A stretch of DNA of 64,000 bases from Salpingoeca rosetta (taxonomy: Eukaryota; Protista; Choanoflagellata), in the NCBI GenBank assembly GCA_033442325.1, contig JAWQFM010000013.1, forward strand, positions 396,069 through 460,068. Reading direction: 5' to 3'. Of the stretch, positions 1 through 17,200 are shown piece after piece (position 1 is the first letter of the stretch; every line of letters begins with the position of its first letter). The translations under genes and the position numbers were made by a program. Under the pieces are notes generated by a model. The model was not told the origin of the DNA. It was given only the letters and a program-made list of their open reading frames with translations, and did not search any database.

Positions 1-3777
<3,777 letters not shown>

Positions 3778-4046
3778 TGTGATGTGATGTCAATCGGTCC
3801 GTTCAGAGTGCACTGTAATGTAATGTAACAACATCATGTAATGTATTAAGTGTAATGGGCATGATCCCCCTCACAACGTAACACGAAAGGAGTCAACCAA
3901 ATCAGCACGCATGTGCTTGCGTCGGTCGAAAAATAATAATCAAAAACAAACAGGGAATAATGGGCAATGGGTGTTCAGCGTGGGGCTGCCGGGGTATATA
4001 ACATCACTTCACATGGGGTGCAGGTGCAAACAGGTTTCACAAAGCA

Positions 4047-4875
4047 CTAACTCTCCCCTTCATCGTCGTCCTCCCAGCTGTCACTGTCGCTCAGATCGCT
4101 CCCACTGTTGTCGTCGCCTCCATTGTGCTCATCATCGCTCGGCATCACCCACCCGCAATCGTCTTCATCATCGCTGTCGTGTGCCGCATCAGGCGTCACC
4201 TCATCGTCCACCAGCCGCCGACACCTCTCAACCTCCCTGTCAGCGGCGTCGATCATGGTCTGCACCATCGTGCACCCGTTCTCGTGCCGCTCGTGTGACA
4301 GATGATCAAACTCTTGTTGAAGCATCTCCTCTATCTCATTGTACGACATGCCCTTGCAGCGCCTTCGCGCCAGTCGACGCTTCAGAACGCCCCAAACCTT
4401 CCTCATCGGCTGCAGCTCGCACACGCTTGGCGGCGCGAACAGGACTTGGTGTCCTTGCTCTTCTGCAAGCGTCACCACCGTGGCCTTCATGTTGTTCTGC
4501 ACCCACTCTCGAAGCCGCTTCATAAGGTGCTGTCGAGTTTCTGAGGCGTGCACGGGCTGTCCACGCTCTTGAAGCGCCGTGATGATGTCTGGCTTGCTCA
4601 TCTTCCATGGCTTGGGGGCGCTGGCGGGGAGAGTGCTGTGGTGCGATGCGTTGTCCATGATGATGAGCGAGGGGGACGTGAGATTGGGGAGGAGGTGGTC
4701 TCGAAACCAGGCAACAAAGCTGTTGCCGTTCACTGCACTGCGGAGGATATCGTGATGACTGACGCTGGACTTCTTCTTGGGCGTTTGTTCTCGTCCTTGC
4801 CTGTGTTCTTCAGCGCCTGTATCACCGGGCACATCAGCAGCTACGGTGCCTGCCTCATCACCATGTTGCTCGTGC

Positions 4876-4945
<70 letters not shown>

Positions 4946-5154
4946 CAGGGCAGGAGCGTCGATTGTGCCCTTGCTGGCCACAGTTCTTGCACCGATACCC
5001 ACGCTTTGCCTTCTTCTGTGCGGGTTGCTCCTGATGTGTTGACAAGGACGCTGGGCCTGGATCGTCAGCACCGTCCACTTGTGGTACCGTGGGTGTGGGC
5101 GGTAGCTGAAAGGGTGGCAGGTAGGCGAGGGCCGGTGACAAAGGCTGCTGCTGC

Positions 5155-5218
<64 letters not shown>

Positions 5219-5738
5219 GATTCTGCATCTGTCGTTCAGCTGTTGCTTGTGCCTTCGCTTTGCCAGCACCGGGGGTGAAGATGCAGCACGTGCCGGGAAC
5301 AACGTTGGCCTCCGCTTGTGGCGAGGGGGCGGCTGCTCGGGGATCTGGTCCTTGAATGGCCAGCGCAAAGCACCAGCCACGCCCAGAGCACACGTGCGCT
5401 GTGTGCTTGTCGTGGTCAGATCCTGGATCGTATAAGCACATGTGGCCTTGACTGGCGTGCTGATAGACGTAGGATTCATCCAGGTATACCTGCAAAGCAC
5501 CACAAGCACGGGCAGTATGGTTAAAAAATGAGTTCCAAGGAAACAAAGTAGAAAAGCAGAATATCAAAGGTGGAATCGCACACGTGTGCACATGAGAACA
5601 GACAGATAGACAGATAAACAGACAGACGGACAAACACACACGCACATGTGCACAAACACACGCACGCACGCACGCACGCACATGTACACAAACAAACAAC
5701 CAAACAGACAGACAGACACACACACACACAGACAGACA

Positions 5739-5782
<44 letters not shown>

Positions 5783-6591
5783 CAACACGGCAAGCAACTC
5801 GCCTCGCGAAGGCGTTCGTGGGATGGAAGGGCTCGGTTCTTGAGGAGCACGGCCAAGTAGTCTGCGATTTGATCAAGCAGCTTGGAGGGGAGCTCAGTCT
5901 GGGCGCAAGGGTCTCGCTTGAAGCCTCCGTGCTTCAGATACTTCTGGGTCGCCCGCAATGCCGCCTTGTAGTCCTTGTCGTCGTAGCCCCCAATGGGCGA
6001 CTTGGCCACCGTCACATGGCCGGCATTGATGAGCTTCTTCAGCAAGTGCGTGGCCGTGACGCTGGTTTGCTTCGCTCGGCACTCGTGAATGTATGTTTGC
6101 ACAAACGTTCGAACGCGCTGGGTTGTGGGGATGCGTCGCTTCTTGGGCTTGCGATTGCCTGGCTGGTTGGCCACTGGCACAGTCAGTGCGCCCTTCTCCT
6201 GTCGCATGAAGTACCACCGCCGATACAGCTCGCTCACCCGTGCCGGCGACCCTAGCCCAAGCAGTCTCGACGCTTCCGATGCCACATTGCGGCTCTTGTT
6301 GTTCTGCATCGCCTTTCTGTTGCTCGGCATGGCGTCCAGCTTCAACTGCATGCACAGATGCAGAATCAGCAACACGGTTTGGTCGGTCCAGACGGATCTG
6401 CCACGCATTTTGCTGACGCGGGTACAGCCTTCACGCAGCGAGCCCTCATCCTCTTTGCGCGGGACCCTCTTTGATGCTGTGCTCCCTTCTTGTTTCCTGC
6501 TCGCCTTTCTCCTTTGCAGAGTGCGTGCCACTGAAGGAGGGCTCTCGGGTGGTGGTGGTGTGGGTGGTGCGAAGTCCTCATCGCTGCTCAT
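4047..6591 (-). CDS. IS630/Tc1-superfamily (Sailor-like) transposase-derived protein, ~743 aa, with CCHC zinc knuckle and polyQ; 2 exons (6591-5803, 5489-4047)
   Basis: Joining across a GC-AG intron (5802-5490) gives RLRE|VYLDESY (D1). IIMDNASHH is D2. In [16 protein letters not shown] the expected catalytic E is [18 protein letters not shown] is a zinc knuckle. No TIRs found. Confidence 0.8.
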
Positions 6592-6684
6592 CTTGCTTGG
6601 GTGGTTATTGGCGCAATTTTAATGGCGCGCAAACAAAAAGTCAAAGATTCTTGGTATGGTTTCGCTAATTGTTTTTGACAGGAA

Positions 6685-6793
<109 letters not shown>

Positions 6794-6850
6794 ACAGACA
6801 GACAGCACACACACGCACACACACAGGCACACATGAGGTTATTTCGCCCA

Positions 6851-7216
6851 TCAGGGCTTCCAGGTGATGGTTGCGATTGCTTTGTCAATGGCGCGTTCAA
6901 ACGCACTTTCGTCCAGCCCAGACTTGTGTGAGGCTTTGAGGGCAGCAAGCTGTTGTTGTTGGTTTGGTTGTGTTGCAGAGAGAGTTGGGGGGGGGGGGAT
7001 TGGCGCTGGCATGAATGGGTTGTTGTTGGGTTGCTTGATGCAGAGTGAAGGATGCCAACAGCACACGCACACACACACACACAGACACAACACAACACAA
7101 CACAGCACAGACACACAGACGCACACAGACACAACACAACACAACACAACACAACACAACACAACACAGCACAGCACAACACAAACACAACACAACAACA
7201 CAACGCAACGCAACAC

Positions 7217-7311
<95 letters not shown>

Positions 7312-7865
7312 TGACCTGGTCAACGAGACCGGAGAAGCGGCGCCTTGCTTGCGGATGGTCGGCAACAGTGGTGATGGCTTTGATGGCAGCGAGTACAACA
7401 CTCGACGAGGAGTCGCGCAAGAGCGGTGGGAGCGTATCAGTGACGCCCGCACCCATGGCGGCCTGCTTTCCCTCTGTGGTGATGGCCAGGCTGCCGTGGT
7501 GGTGAAGGGGAGGGGAATGGGACAGGCGAGAGGTGCGGTTGGGCACAAAGTCATGTGCAAGTGCGTATGAGAGAGAGAGAGTGTGTGTGTGTGTGTGAGT
7601 GAGTGAGTGAGTGAGTGAGTGAGTGAGTGAGTGAGTGAGTGTGTGAGTGTGTGTGTGTGTGTGAGAGTGTGTAGTAACAAGTGGGCATGAAGGGGAGGGC
7701 AATGCCTCCCGCACAGACAGACAGACAGACAGACACGCACACCCACCTCATGATTGCGCCTGCGCACTGTGCTCGCACGCGCGGGTTTGCATCTGAGAGG
7801 AGGGCGAGAACAGCGGGCACAGCGCCAACAGCAACGCCCTGGCGCTTTCCTTCGAGGGGAAAGCT
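6851..7865 (-). CDS. RSPH14: Armadillo-repeat protein, RSPH14/RTDR1-like radial spoke protein, last three exons only
   Basis: Exons encode FPLEGKRQGVAVGAVPAVLALLSDANPRVRAQCAGAIM, SLAITTEGKQAAMGAGVTDTLPPLLRD...AIKAITTVADHPQARR, and a C-terminus AIDKAIATITWKP* that resembles the RSPH14 ending. The N-terminal half is not visible. Confidence 0.7.
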
Positions 7866-7887
7866 GCAACACACACACACACAGATG

Positions 7888-7995
<108 letters not shown>

Positions 7996-8207
7996 TGGAT
8001 ATGAAAGGAAGGCAGGCAGACAGGAGTACCCACGACCACAACAGCACGGCTGTACCTGAGTCCTGGCTGGTTATGGCGGCGGCGGCGGCGGCGGTGGTGG
8101 TGCCGCTCATGTTCAACATACTTGCGTGGCGTGCCTTTGCTTGTTTGACATTGCCACAATATCCTGACGTAGGGTGCCCCTCCACACACATGTACATGCA
8201 CACACAT

Positions 8208-8259
<52 letters not shown>

Positions 8260-8260
8260 G

Positions 8261-11200
8261 ACGGCGATGACGAGGATGGCGATTGCGTCAAGCTGACGGA
8301 ATACGAGGGCAACTACTACCAGAGACGCACATCCTGCAGCTCGGAGTACGACATGGTCGTGTGTGAGCTCAAGCCGATTGTGCCACCACCACCTGTCAGC
8401 GTCACCAAAGGCAACTTCCAGTACTACACCACCTTCGAAATGGTGCGCCTCTTCTCTTGTTTTGTGTTTGCACTACCACGCGTGCACTTGACATGTGTGC
8501 TCTTTGCTTGTGTTGTGCCATGGGAAGCGGTTCCACCGGCAATGGTAGATATGATCTCACTCACACTGTCACACTGACACACACCTGCACGCACACATAC
8601 ACGACGACCACGACGACCAATACCACGACCAACGAAATCCCTTTGGTATGTACAGGTGACGTATGCGGATGCGCGCTCAGTGTGCCACGACTGGAATGAG
8701 GACGCGTATCTGACGCGCGTTGAGAGCGCTGCTGTGGAAGAGCTTCTCTTTGACCTGATGAAAACCGCAGACGACAACAACGACTGGGACCTTCCACCGT
8801 GCGTGCCCGTTGCTCACATTGTTCCGCTGTTTGCTCCTGATCTTCATTCGTGGCATGGAAGTTGGCCTTTGCATATTTGCCGCAGACCCCGCAGACCCCG
8901 CATTTTCGCCGCCTGATTGGCTCAGCACACATGCGCACATAGTGGGAGCTCTTGTGTCATGTGCGTATGCGTGCTTTCTCACACGTCATGGCATCACCTT
9001 GTTCACGCCTTGCTCTGTGTGCGTGGTGTATTTGTGTTTGTTCCCAACCCATCTTTGCTTCGGTCCCTAATCGTACAGGAACCCCCGGATGTGGATTGGT
9101 CTCCAGCGGCCGGGCGACCGCAGCAGCTTCAAGCACGACATGAACAGCCGCGACTACACCAGCAGCGATTACAAGAGCCTTGAGTACGGCGATGGTACGT
9201 ATCGAACATTCGATTGACTTGTATTCCCACGCACCATGTTCACAAACGCACACACACAAGCACACATGTGTCCTTGCGACGTGTCCACTTGCATGCGCTC
9301 GAACGCGCCTCCTATCTGTTTGTGTGGCCTATGTTGTATTCCCCATGTTTCTCTCAACGTTGTACATCCTGCTTCGTGCAAACCTCTGCATGACAGGCGA
9401 CTGTGGGACGATGAGCATTGAGAGCTCGCCGCGCTGGCTGAGGCGTTCCTGCTCCAACAACTTCCTCTTTGTCTGTCGTGTCACCCTCTACGGTACGCTT
9501 GAGCGCAGCTGCACCCTCATGCCCTTGTGCTACGTATTACGTGTGTGTTCGCACGATCGCACATAGTCGCTTGCGTGCTCATTTGCTGTATGTTGTTTTG
9601 TCGTGGACGCACATTTCGGTCCAATGATAATCGAGTTGGCTGCTCACACCACACCACGCCCTTGTTATGTTGTTGATAGACTGCTTCGCCGGCACCCACT
9701 ACGACGCCTCCTCCTCCACGCAAGGCTGCCAAGGTATGGTGTGATGTCACCTTTGTGTTTAGCGTTGCTTGCGTGGTGATGGTATGTGTGTCACGTCACG
9801 TGTCTTGCGCGTGGTGTTTATGTGTTTTGCTTCCACCGCCAACCAACCTGTCATTTCTCACGTCTTCAACAAATCTGCCATGCAGAGTGCGAGGGCGGCA
9901 AATTCACTTCTGAGACCAATGAGCCAAGATGTGAGACTTGGGACGACTGCGACAACCAAGATAACGATAGAGGAACGGTATGTCATGTGATCTCTTGCGC
10001 ACTCTGTGCATCGTGCATGTGCAACCCCCATGCGGTTGCCCCACGCTTAACAGCCACCGCCACAGCTGCATGAGGAAGCAGTGTGCAAGTGATGAACACG
10101 TGCGCCCATGTACCAAATCACCACGACAAATTTACTCATACAATGCTCATTACTCTGCGACACGTGCAACCGGTGTCACTGCAGCGTCTCTTCTTGTCGC
10201 CGAGTTTCACCTCAGACCGCCAGTGCTTTGATTGCACGAGCGACGAGGAGAGGGTGGAGGTTGCCAACTCCTACTACGCATGTGTGGTGAGCTTTCGCTT
10301 GCCGTTTTGTTTTGTGATGTTGAATACCGTTACTCTTGGCAATGTGCTGACTACGTCCACATAACAATCACACACATAATACGTACACATGTGCACAATT
10401 GTCCACCTGGCATGATACTCACTTCACGTTGCCCCTGTTTCCCTGCCTCCGCTCCCACCACCATCACCGCCATTATCATCACTGCTTGCAGTGCGAGCCT
10501 GGCCGGTACCGCGGGGAGAGCAGCTTTAGCTCCAACGTGTGCGTGGAGTGTGCTGAAGGCACGTTCAAGAAGGACCCAGGCGATGATGAGTGCGAAGTCA
10601 GCGAGCCGTGTGGATATGGACTTGAGGAGGTTGCACGTGAGTCAGCTCCGCAGCGCGTGTTGGTTTTGTCTTGCAACGCTTCCACATCTTTGGCTTGTCT
10701 GATGTTGTGATTTCATTCGCAACTGTCTCCTCGTGCGACGCGTGACTCTGTTGTTCCGGCACACTTGTGAAAGACACACACATACTCATCGTGCAAACAC
10801 ACACACACACACACACTCTCTCTCTCTCTCTCTGTGCCACGTCTGCAGCCGTCACCCCTACTTCCCCCCGCGAGTGTCGGGAGTGCGTGCAAGACGTCAC
10901 CTACTTCAGCTTTGACACGGTTCGATTTCCATTGCATTCATGTACTTGCGAGCTGGCATTCCGCACGTCCGTGTGCGTTCTTGCGGGTGTCGATCTATTA
11001 TTATCCACGATGCACGTGCCTTGCTTTGCCAACCAGCTGTGCTGCTTCTCCTGCCTCAGCATCACTATGCCGCGTTTCTCACGTGCAAATTTCCACCCAT
11101 CTTATTCCTCAGAACAAATGCGAGACCGTCCATCCACCCTGCGAGTCGCCAGAGGAGGAAACCCAAGGTGAAAATATTGTTGTTCTTTGTGCATACATTG

Positions 11201-14200
11201 TGTTCTGTCTGTGAGCCTTGTTGTTATCTGCGCTCAGATGCAGCAGAACAGCAAAGTTATCTTCGCGCCTTGCTCGTCTATGTTTGCCTTCTCATCTGTC
11301 GTCTCTGCCCACATCCAACCGTCGATCCCTCCTCTCCCACCACCAAACAACACTTCTCACTTGCTGTCTGTTTTGACTCGACGATCATGTGCGCGGACGC
11401 CACCAGAGCCCACCAAGCTGCAAAACCGTGTCTGTAAGGAGTGTGTCCAGTTTGAGACCTTCTACAATTCGACAACGGTGCGCCATGTCAACTTGCACGC
11501 GCGGCTTGTGTCGTCCTTTCGACATTGCTGTTGACTTTCTTGCATCGCAAGTCTTGGCTCCCAATTCAACTTCAATATCACGCCTCATGTGCGCGTTTGT
11601 GTCTGCAGCATCTCAATCCTTTGACTTTCTCATCCTGTCGCGCTCTCACCACTTCAGAAAAAGTGCCAGTCGGTGTCAAGTTGCCCGTATGGCGAAGAAG
11701 AGATCACAGGTGCGTTGCTGCTACTGTTGATTTCATGCGATCAACCCCAGTCGTCGTCGGTGCTTCGCCATCTTATCCTCAATTGCGTTGCCTCTGGTCA
11801 CCATCCTTGGACTGACATGGTGCTCTGCATGAATTTTTCAACTCTTTTGTATATTACATGTTCACACACTGCTCTTAACACCACCACCACCACCGCCGCC
11901 GCCGCCACTTTCACCACCACCACCACTTCCACTACTACTTCTACTACCAGAACCGACACTCACATCTGACCGCGTGTGCGAGCCGTGCATCCTTGGCGAG
12001 ACGTTTTACGACGGCAACTCGGTGCGTGGGTTGTGGCGCTTATTGAGATGTGAGGGTCTTGGCGGCTCGTTTTGGCTCATGCAATGGACTGCAGTTGTGC
12101 CGCGTGTGTTGCGACAGCACATAGCCACGCACTGAATAGGTTGGCCCTCACTCGGTTGCGCTGCGCACGCACCTCAAAGTCGAACATTCACATTGTCCAA
12201 CGTCACGTGCACATCCGCTCTCTTCGTTTCTTTTCCCCTTCTTTGCCCTCACTGCAGGAACAATGCGAACCTGTGACGTCATGCCCGCTGGGAACGGTTG
12301 AGTATGAAGAGCCCACGCTTTTGTCCAACCGCAAGTGTCGATCAGGTTGGTTCGGATTCGTGTTGGTTGTTGGAAGTGTTATGATGCACTGTACACAGAT
12401 GCATGTACGCGCACACATACATACGCACACACATCCACACGCACGCACATGCATTTACCCGCATGCAAGCATAGCCATGCAGCAGCTGTTCGTACGTATT
12501 TGCGGTGCTCATTGTTGCATGTGCTATTTTCACCCTTGCCAGACGCGTTTACTTGCGAGGACGGCAATCGCACAAGTAACGGTGCCGCGTGCAACTGCAC
12601 GGACATTGCCGATGCCTGCTCGGTGTGCCACCGCGACCTGCAGCTTGAGCCTGCGTACGGCTTGGTTGGCCGCATGTTCAATGCACAGCCCACGGAAACT
12701 CGCCTCATCTCGCAGCTCACGCTCGACGCCAGCGTGACCGATGCGCTGGCATTTTGCACCGACAAGTGCCGCGTGCAGTATGCATCGGAGGGTTGTGTTG
12801 GCTTCACCCTCACCACGGGCAGCATGCGGCAGTGCCTGTTTGTCAGCTGGTTTGAGAATGAGTCAGTGGACACCGCCGGTGCAAACTTCTACACGCTGCC
12901 TGCGTGCGATCGCTGCGCCGAGCGCTATGCCATTGACAACCGCGGATGTACACGTACGTTGTTGCTGCTGTTGAGAGTGTTTGGAGTGCAGTGTGGCTGG
13001 TGTCTGTCGAGGGCTCTGTGCTACACACGTGTGCACTGATGTGTGCATGTGTATCTTTGTGCACGTATGCAAGTGCTCTGAATAATATTTGGTTGGTTTG
13101 TTGTCGCATGTTTCCCTGCTTGTCGTCATCCGCTCGTTCGCCTGTTACGTTGCTCACACAACGATTATGTACGGCCTATACTTGCCATTTCCTGTCCAAA
13201 ACATACGTCCACCACCCGTGCAGTGACGGCAACGCCGCCCGTACTCTCTGTTGCGGACCGACGGGTGCTGATCCCGCTGAGCCAGCCCGCGGGCTCGCTC
13301 ATCACGACTGTCGCTGCCACCACGGACGCACCGGCAGGGCAGGACGACATCACGTACTCCCTGACCACACCGGACGGCTTCGCGGATGTGTTTTCCATCA
13401 ACGCCACCACGGGCGTCATCACCCTCACCAAGCAGCTTCAGACACCAGCTGCGCCTGTCCTGCTCGTGACTGCAAGGGACAGCCGAACCGAGTGCAACTT
13501 GCTTGTGGATGGCACCCTTGTCAAGAACGATGGCTCATGCGTCTCAGAGACAATGGACATCACGGTGAGTCGAACGCAATGTGTGGATGTGAAGCGGAGT
13601 GAAATGTTTGATGCAAGCTGTGTTTAGTCATGGCACATTTGCGTTGCTGCCATGTTGTACAAGGTGCCACGGTGATACTTAGCTTTCCTGCACACATGTG
13701 TGTTTTGTTTGGTTGCGATACTGTGCTTTGCCCTCACACACATGCCCACTCGCACGCATGCCACACACACGCACACACGCACACACGCACGCATGCCACA
13801 CACACGCACGCACGCACACACGCACACGCACACCCCACACACCCCCTTACTTTTCTCACTGTGCTTCACCGCTTTGTGTGTCATCACACCAGGTGAGCGT
13901 GGTTGCGCTTCTTGGTTGCCCTAGGGACATCAACGAGTACGTGGTGTCTCAGAATGAAGTGGAGGTGTCCTGGGGTGTCACCCCGTCCTTCGTAAGTTTG
14001 CACGCACTTGAAAACTGACACCTGTATCTGTTGCACTGTTCAGATCCACTCAGTTGCACGCTTACCACATTCCCATTTCATACTCTTAACTGCTGTACCC
14101 GCCCCCCCCACCACACTGACACACCTCAGCCTGCATATTTGACGGATCTGGAGCTTGTGCTTCTCCGGAACGGTAATGAGAGCGACGCCACCGTCACCAC

Positions 14201-17200
14201 AGTCATGGTGCCCGTTGGCACCACCAATTTCACCTACCGCAGTAACGAGACCGTTGCTGGCGAGTACATCCAGTGCAGCTTTAAGGTGCGCACACTTGTG
14301 TCCATGAGTCCACTATGGGTGCAAGAGTGCACGGGTGCCTTTTGTTGTTAGCCTGCGCCGTGTGGGCATGCTTCTGTGTGCGCCTGTGCATGTGTCTTTG
14401 TGTTGCGTTTCGTGCATTGATTGCGCCCGTTTTCTTACATCGACGCTGTACTGACCGTCGAGGTGGCGTGGGTTATGGTGTATCCTGCCATGAAATGAAC
14501 ACAACCCCTGATTGCAGGTGTCTGTGCGCAAGGGCTTCTTCATCCAAGTCGACGACATTGACCTTCGGCAGTCCGGCAACGCGTCCATCGCCTACTCCCT
14601 CTCCTCCCCAGGCATTGCTGACGCGTCGCGCCTGCCCACCTTTGAGAGCGACCTCACATCCTCGTTCTTCATTGGCTTCCGTACGACCACGGGTCGTCCC
14701 TTCTCCCTGTCACTGACGGAGGACCTGCAGGCCGACATCAACGTTGCCCTCCGCTGGTGCACAGACAACGAGCCCTTCCCGACGTCGGTACCACCCACCG
14801 CCACCAACGCGTCGGTTGGCGTGACGTTTGCCGGCGTGACAACAAACGGGCCACTCCCCGTATTCTCGGACGAAGGCACTTGGGTCTACCAGACTGCTCA
14901 GCGCAGGTGAGATGGGCTGAGTAAGTGTGTGTGTGTTTGTGCGTGTGCGTGTGCGTGTGCGTGTATGTGCGTGTATGTGTGTGTTTATGTTTTATGCGTG
15001 TGTATGTGTGCGTGTGTGTATGTGATTGTTGTGTGCGTGTGCATGTGATTGTTTGTGTGCGTGCGTGTGTGTGTGCGTGTGTGTTCATATGTGTTTGTAC
15101 TCGTTGTGGGCATGAGTGTGCCACTTATCCTTAACTCACCCGTCGTTATCGGCCACAACTACCACCACCATCACGTGAATTGCAACAGCTGCGTGAATCT
15201 GATTGCCTCGTCACAGGCTGTGACCACATCCATGTCGTTTGTCACGATGGAGCTCCAGTTCAACCCTCTGCCTGTTGCTCGCAGGTAATATTCGCGTGCT
15301 TGTTACATGTTGGTCGTTCCTGTTACACGCAATCATGCTTTTTGGGACTTCTCTCACCGTGCTTGTCTGTGTGCTGCCATCTTGTCATCTCGTTCCGTCA
15401 CCCACACTTCCGTCGCTCACAAAACCATCATCTCATCCACCAACCACTCACATTCACCCCCACACACCCACGCATTCATCCACGCATTCACTCACGCATT
15501 CACTCACTCACACCGCATACACAAACCCACGCCCGTACACCACATTCGCCCATTCCATGACAGGCGCCGAGCGGACCCGCCCACGCAACTGTTCATTCCC
15601 GCCTTCCCGAGCTATGTTGCCTTTGAGTTGAGCCGCATCGACGGCGAGCCGGCAACTGTCGAAGAGCTCGCGGGCGCCCTCACAACGAAGGATGTCATTG
15701 CCCCGACCTTCCTCGACTGCCCGCCGCCACTGGCAGCGCGCACATTTAACATCGACACGATGGGTCAGGTTGAGACGCTTGTTGAGCTGCCCAAACTGAC
15801 AGTCTACGATGCCATTGACCCTGCGCCAGTGGTTGACCCAGCCACATACTCGTCCGTCCTCTCCGCAGTCGGTTCGTATGCACTGTGATTATTGTGATGG
15901 TTATTTCGCGTGGGGCACCTGAAGTTGCTGTCCCGGACTCACCTTGCTTTTGTGGTCGTTTGTTAGAAGCATCAATTGTGTTCACCGCGCCAATATCATG
16001 AATGTGCCAATGCAAGGCTGCTGTTCTCTGCTTTTTTTCGCTTTTCTCATAACAACGGCCTGAAACCCTGTCATCGTATTGCACCACATTTGGTTGCTGC
16101 CCTATGCTTGTTGCACGTGTTCTATCAGATTCCCCGCACAGCGTCACGTTTACAGCGAGCGATAGTAGCAACAACGAGGCCCAGTGCACGTTTGACGTGT
16201 TTGTGACTGTGCCGGAGAACGTGCTGCAGCGCAAGGAGGTCGTTACGGAGTGGGCGTATCCGATTGAGCGGAGGATTGTACCCGACCTCAACCTCGCCTT
16301 CTACACGCACCGCATCCACGGCACGGGCCCAGTGTCCTCCTTTCAGGTATGACTAATTGGGCAACCCTCACTGCAGTTGCTGTGGTTTACCGTCCACCTT
16401 GTCGTGGTTTTGCCTGCATGAATTGCTTGTCTGTTTGTTTGCAGCCGCCACTGCATGAAAATGCCATCACATCACCCCACCACCACTCTAGCGCAACATC
16501 ACACGGCAGCTGTGCAGCACAGCCCATGTCCGTACAACAATACATGTGACCATTCATGCAGCTCACACGAACAACATCACAAACGCTTTTCCTTGACTCA
16601 CCCCACCAACGCCGCACCAACACCGCAACACTTTCAAATACCATCAGGCGGACATGAGCATGCTGACTGGCCTGAACATGACGTTTGAGACAAAGAACGA
16701 CGAGCTTCCGTTTGTTGTTCGCGAGCGCGCTCAGGCTGCGCGCGGGCGATTTGTTGTCGACATGCAGTGGGAGGCAGCTGGCAAGACGCCAGGCTTCATC
16801 TACGAGCATCAAGGTGGGGCCTGGGTGCTGCAGCTTGCAGTTGCTGAGTGTGCTGATTTGGTTGTTTGTTCGCTGCATCAGCAACAACCACGTGTTTTGG
16901 ACTGTCGTTCTAGTCCTGAGGCATTTTTGTCTCTCTAACAACAAAGGCACGATCTTTTGGCAAACATTCTCTTCTTACTCACCCACTCGCTTTCGAACAT
17001 CCACCCACACATCTCGTATTCCCACACGCACACATTCCTAACTTGCCGCTTTGGGAAACAGAGAGTGCAAGCGCGTTTCTCGTTGTTCGGGGATTCAAGT
17101 ACAGCGACGACACGGCCGCGCCCGTCACGAAGAAGTTTGCCCTGCCGGAGCAGCTAGTGCGTTGTGCGTGGGGTTTGCTGCTTGTTTCATGTCTCTCCTC

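Noticed and set aside
3938-6680. Possible TIRs around the 4047-6591 transposase-like gene (tcaaaaacaa / ttgtttttga)
   Set aside because: Only a ~10-bp low-complexity match with no TSD, which is expected by chance.
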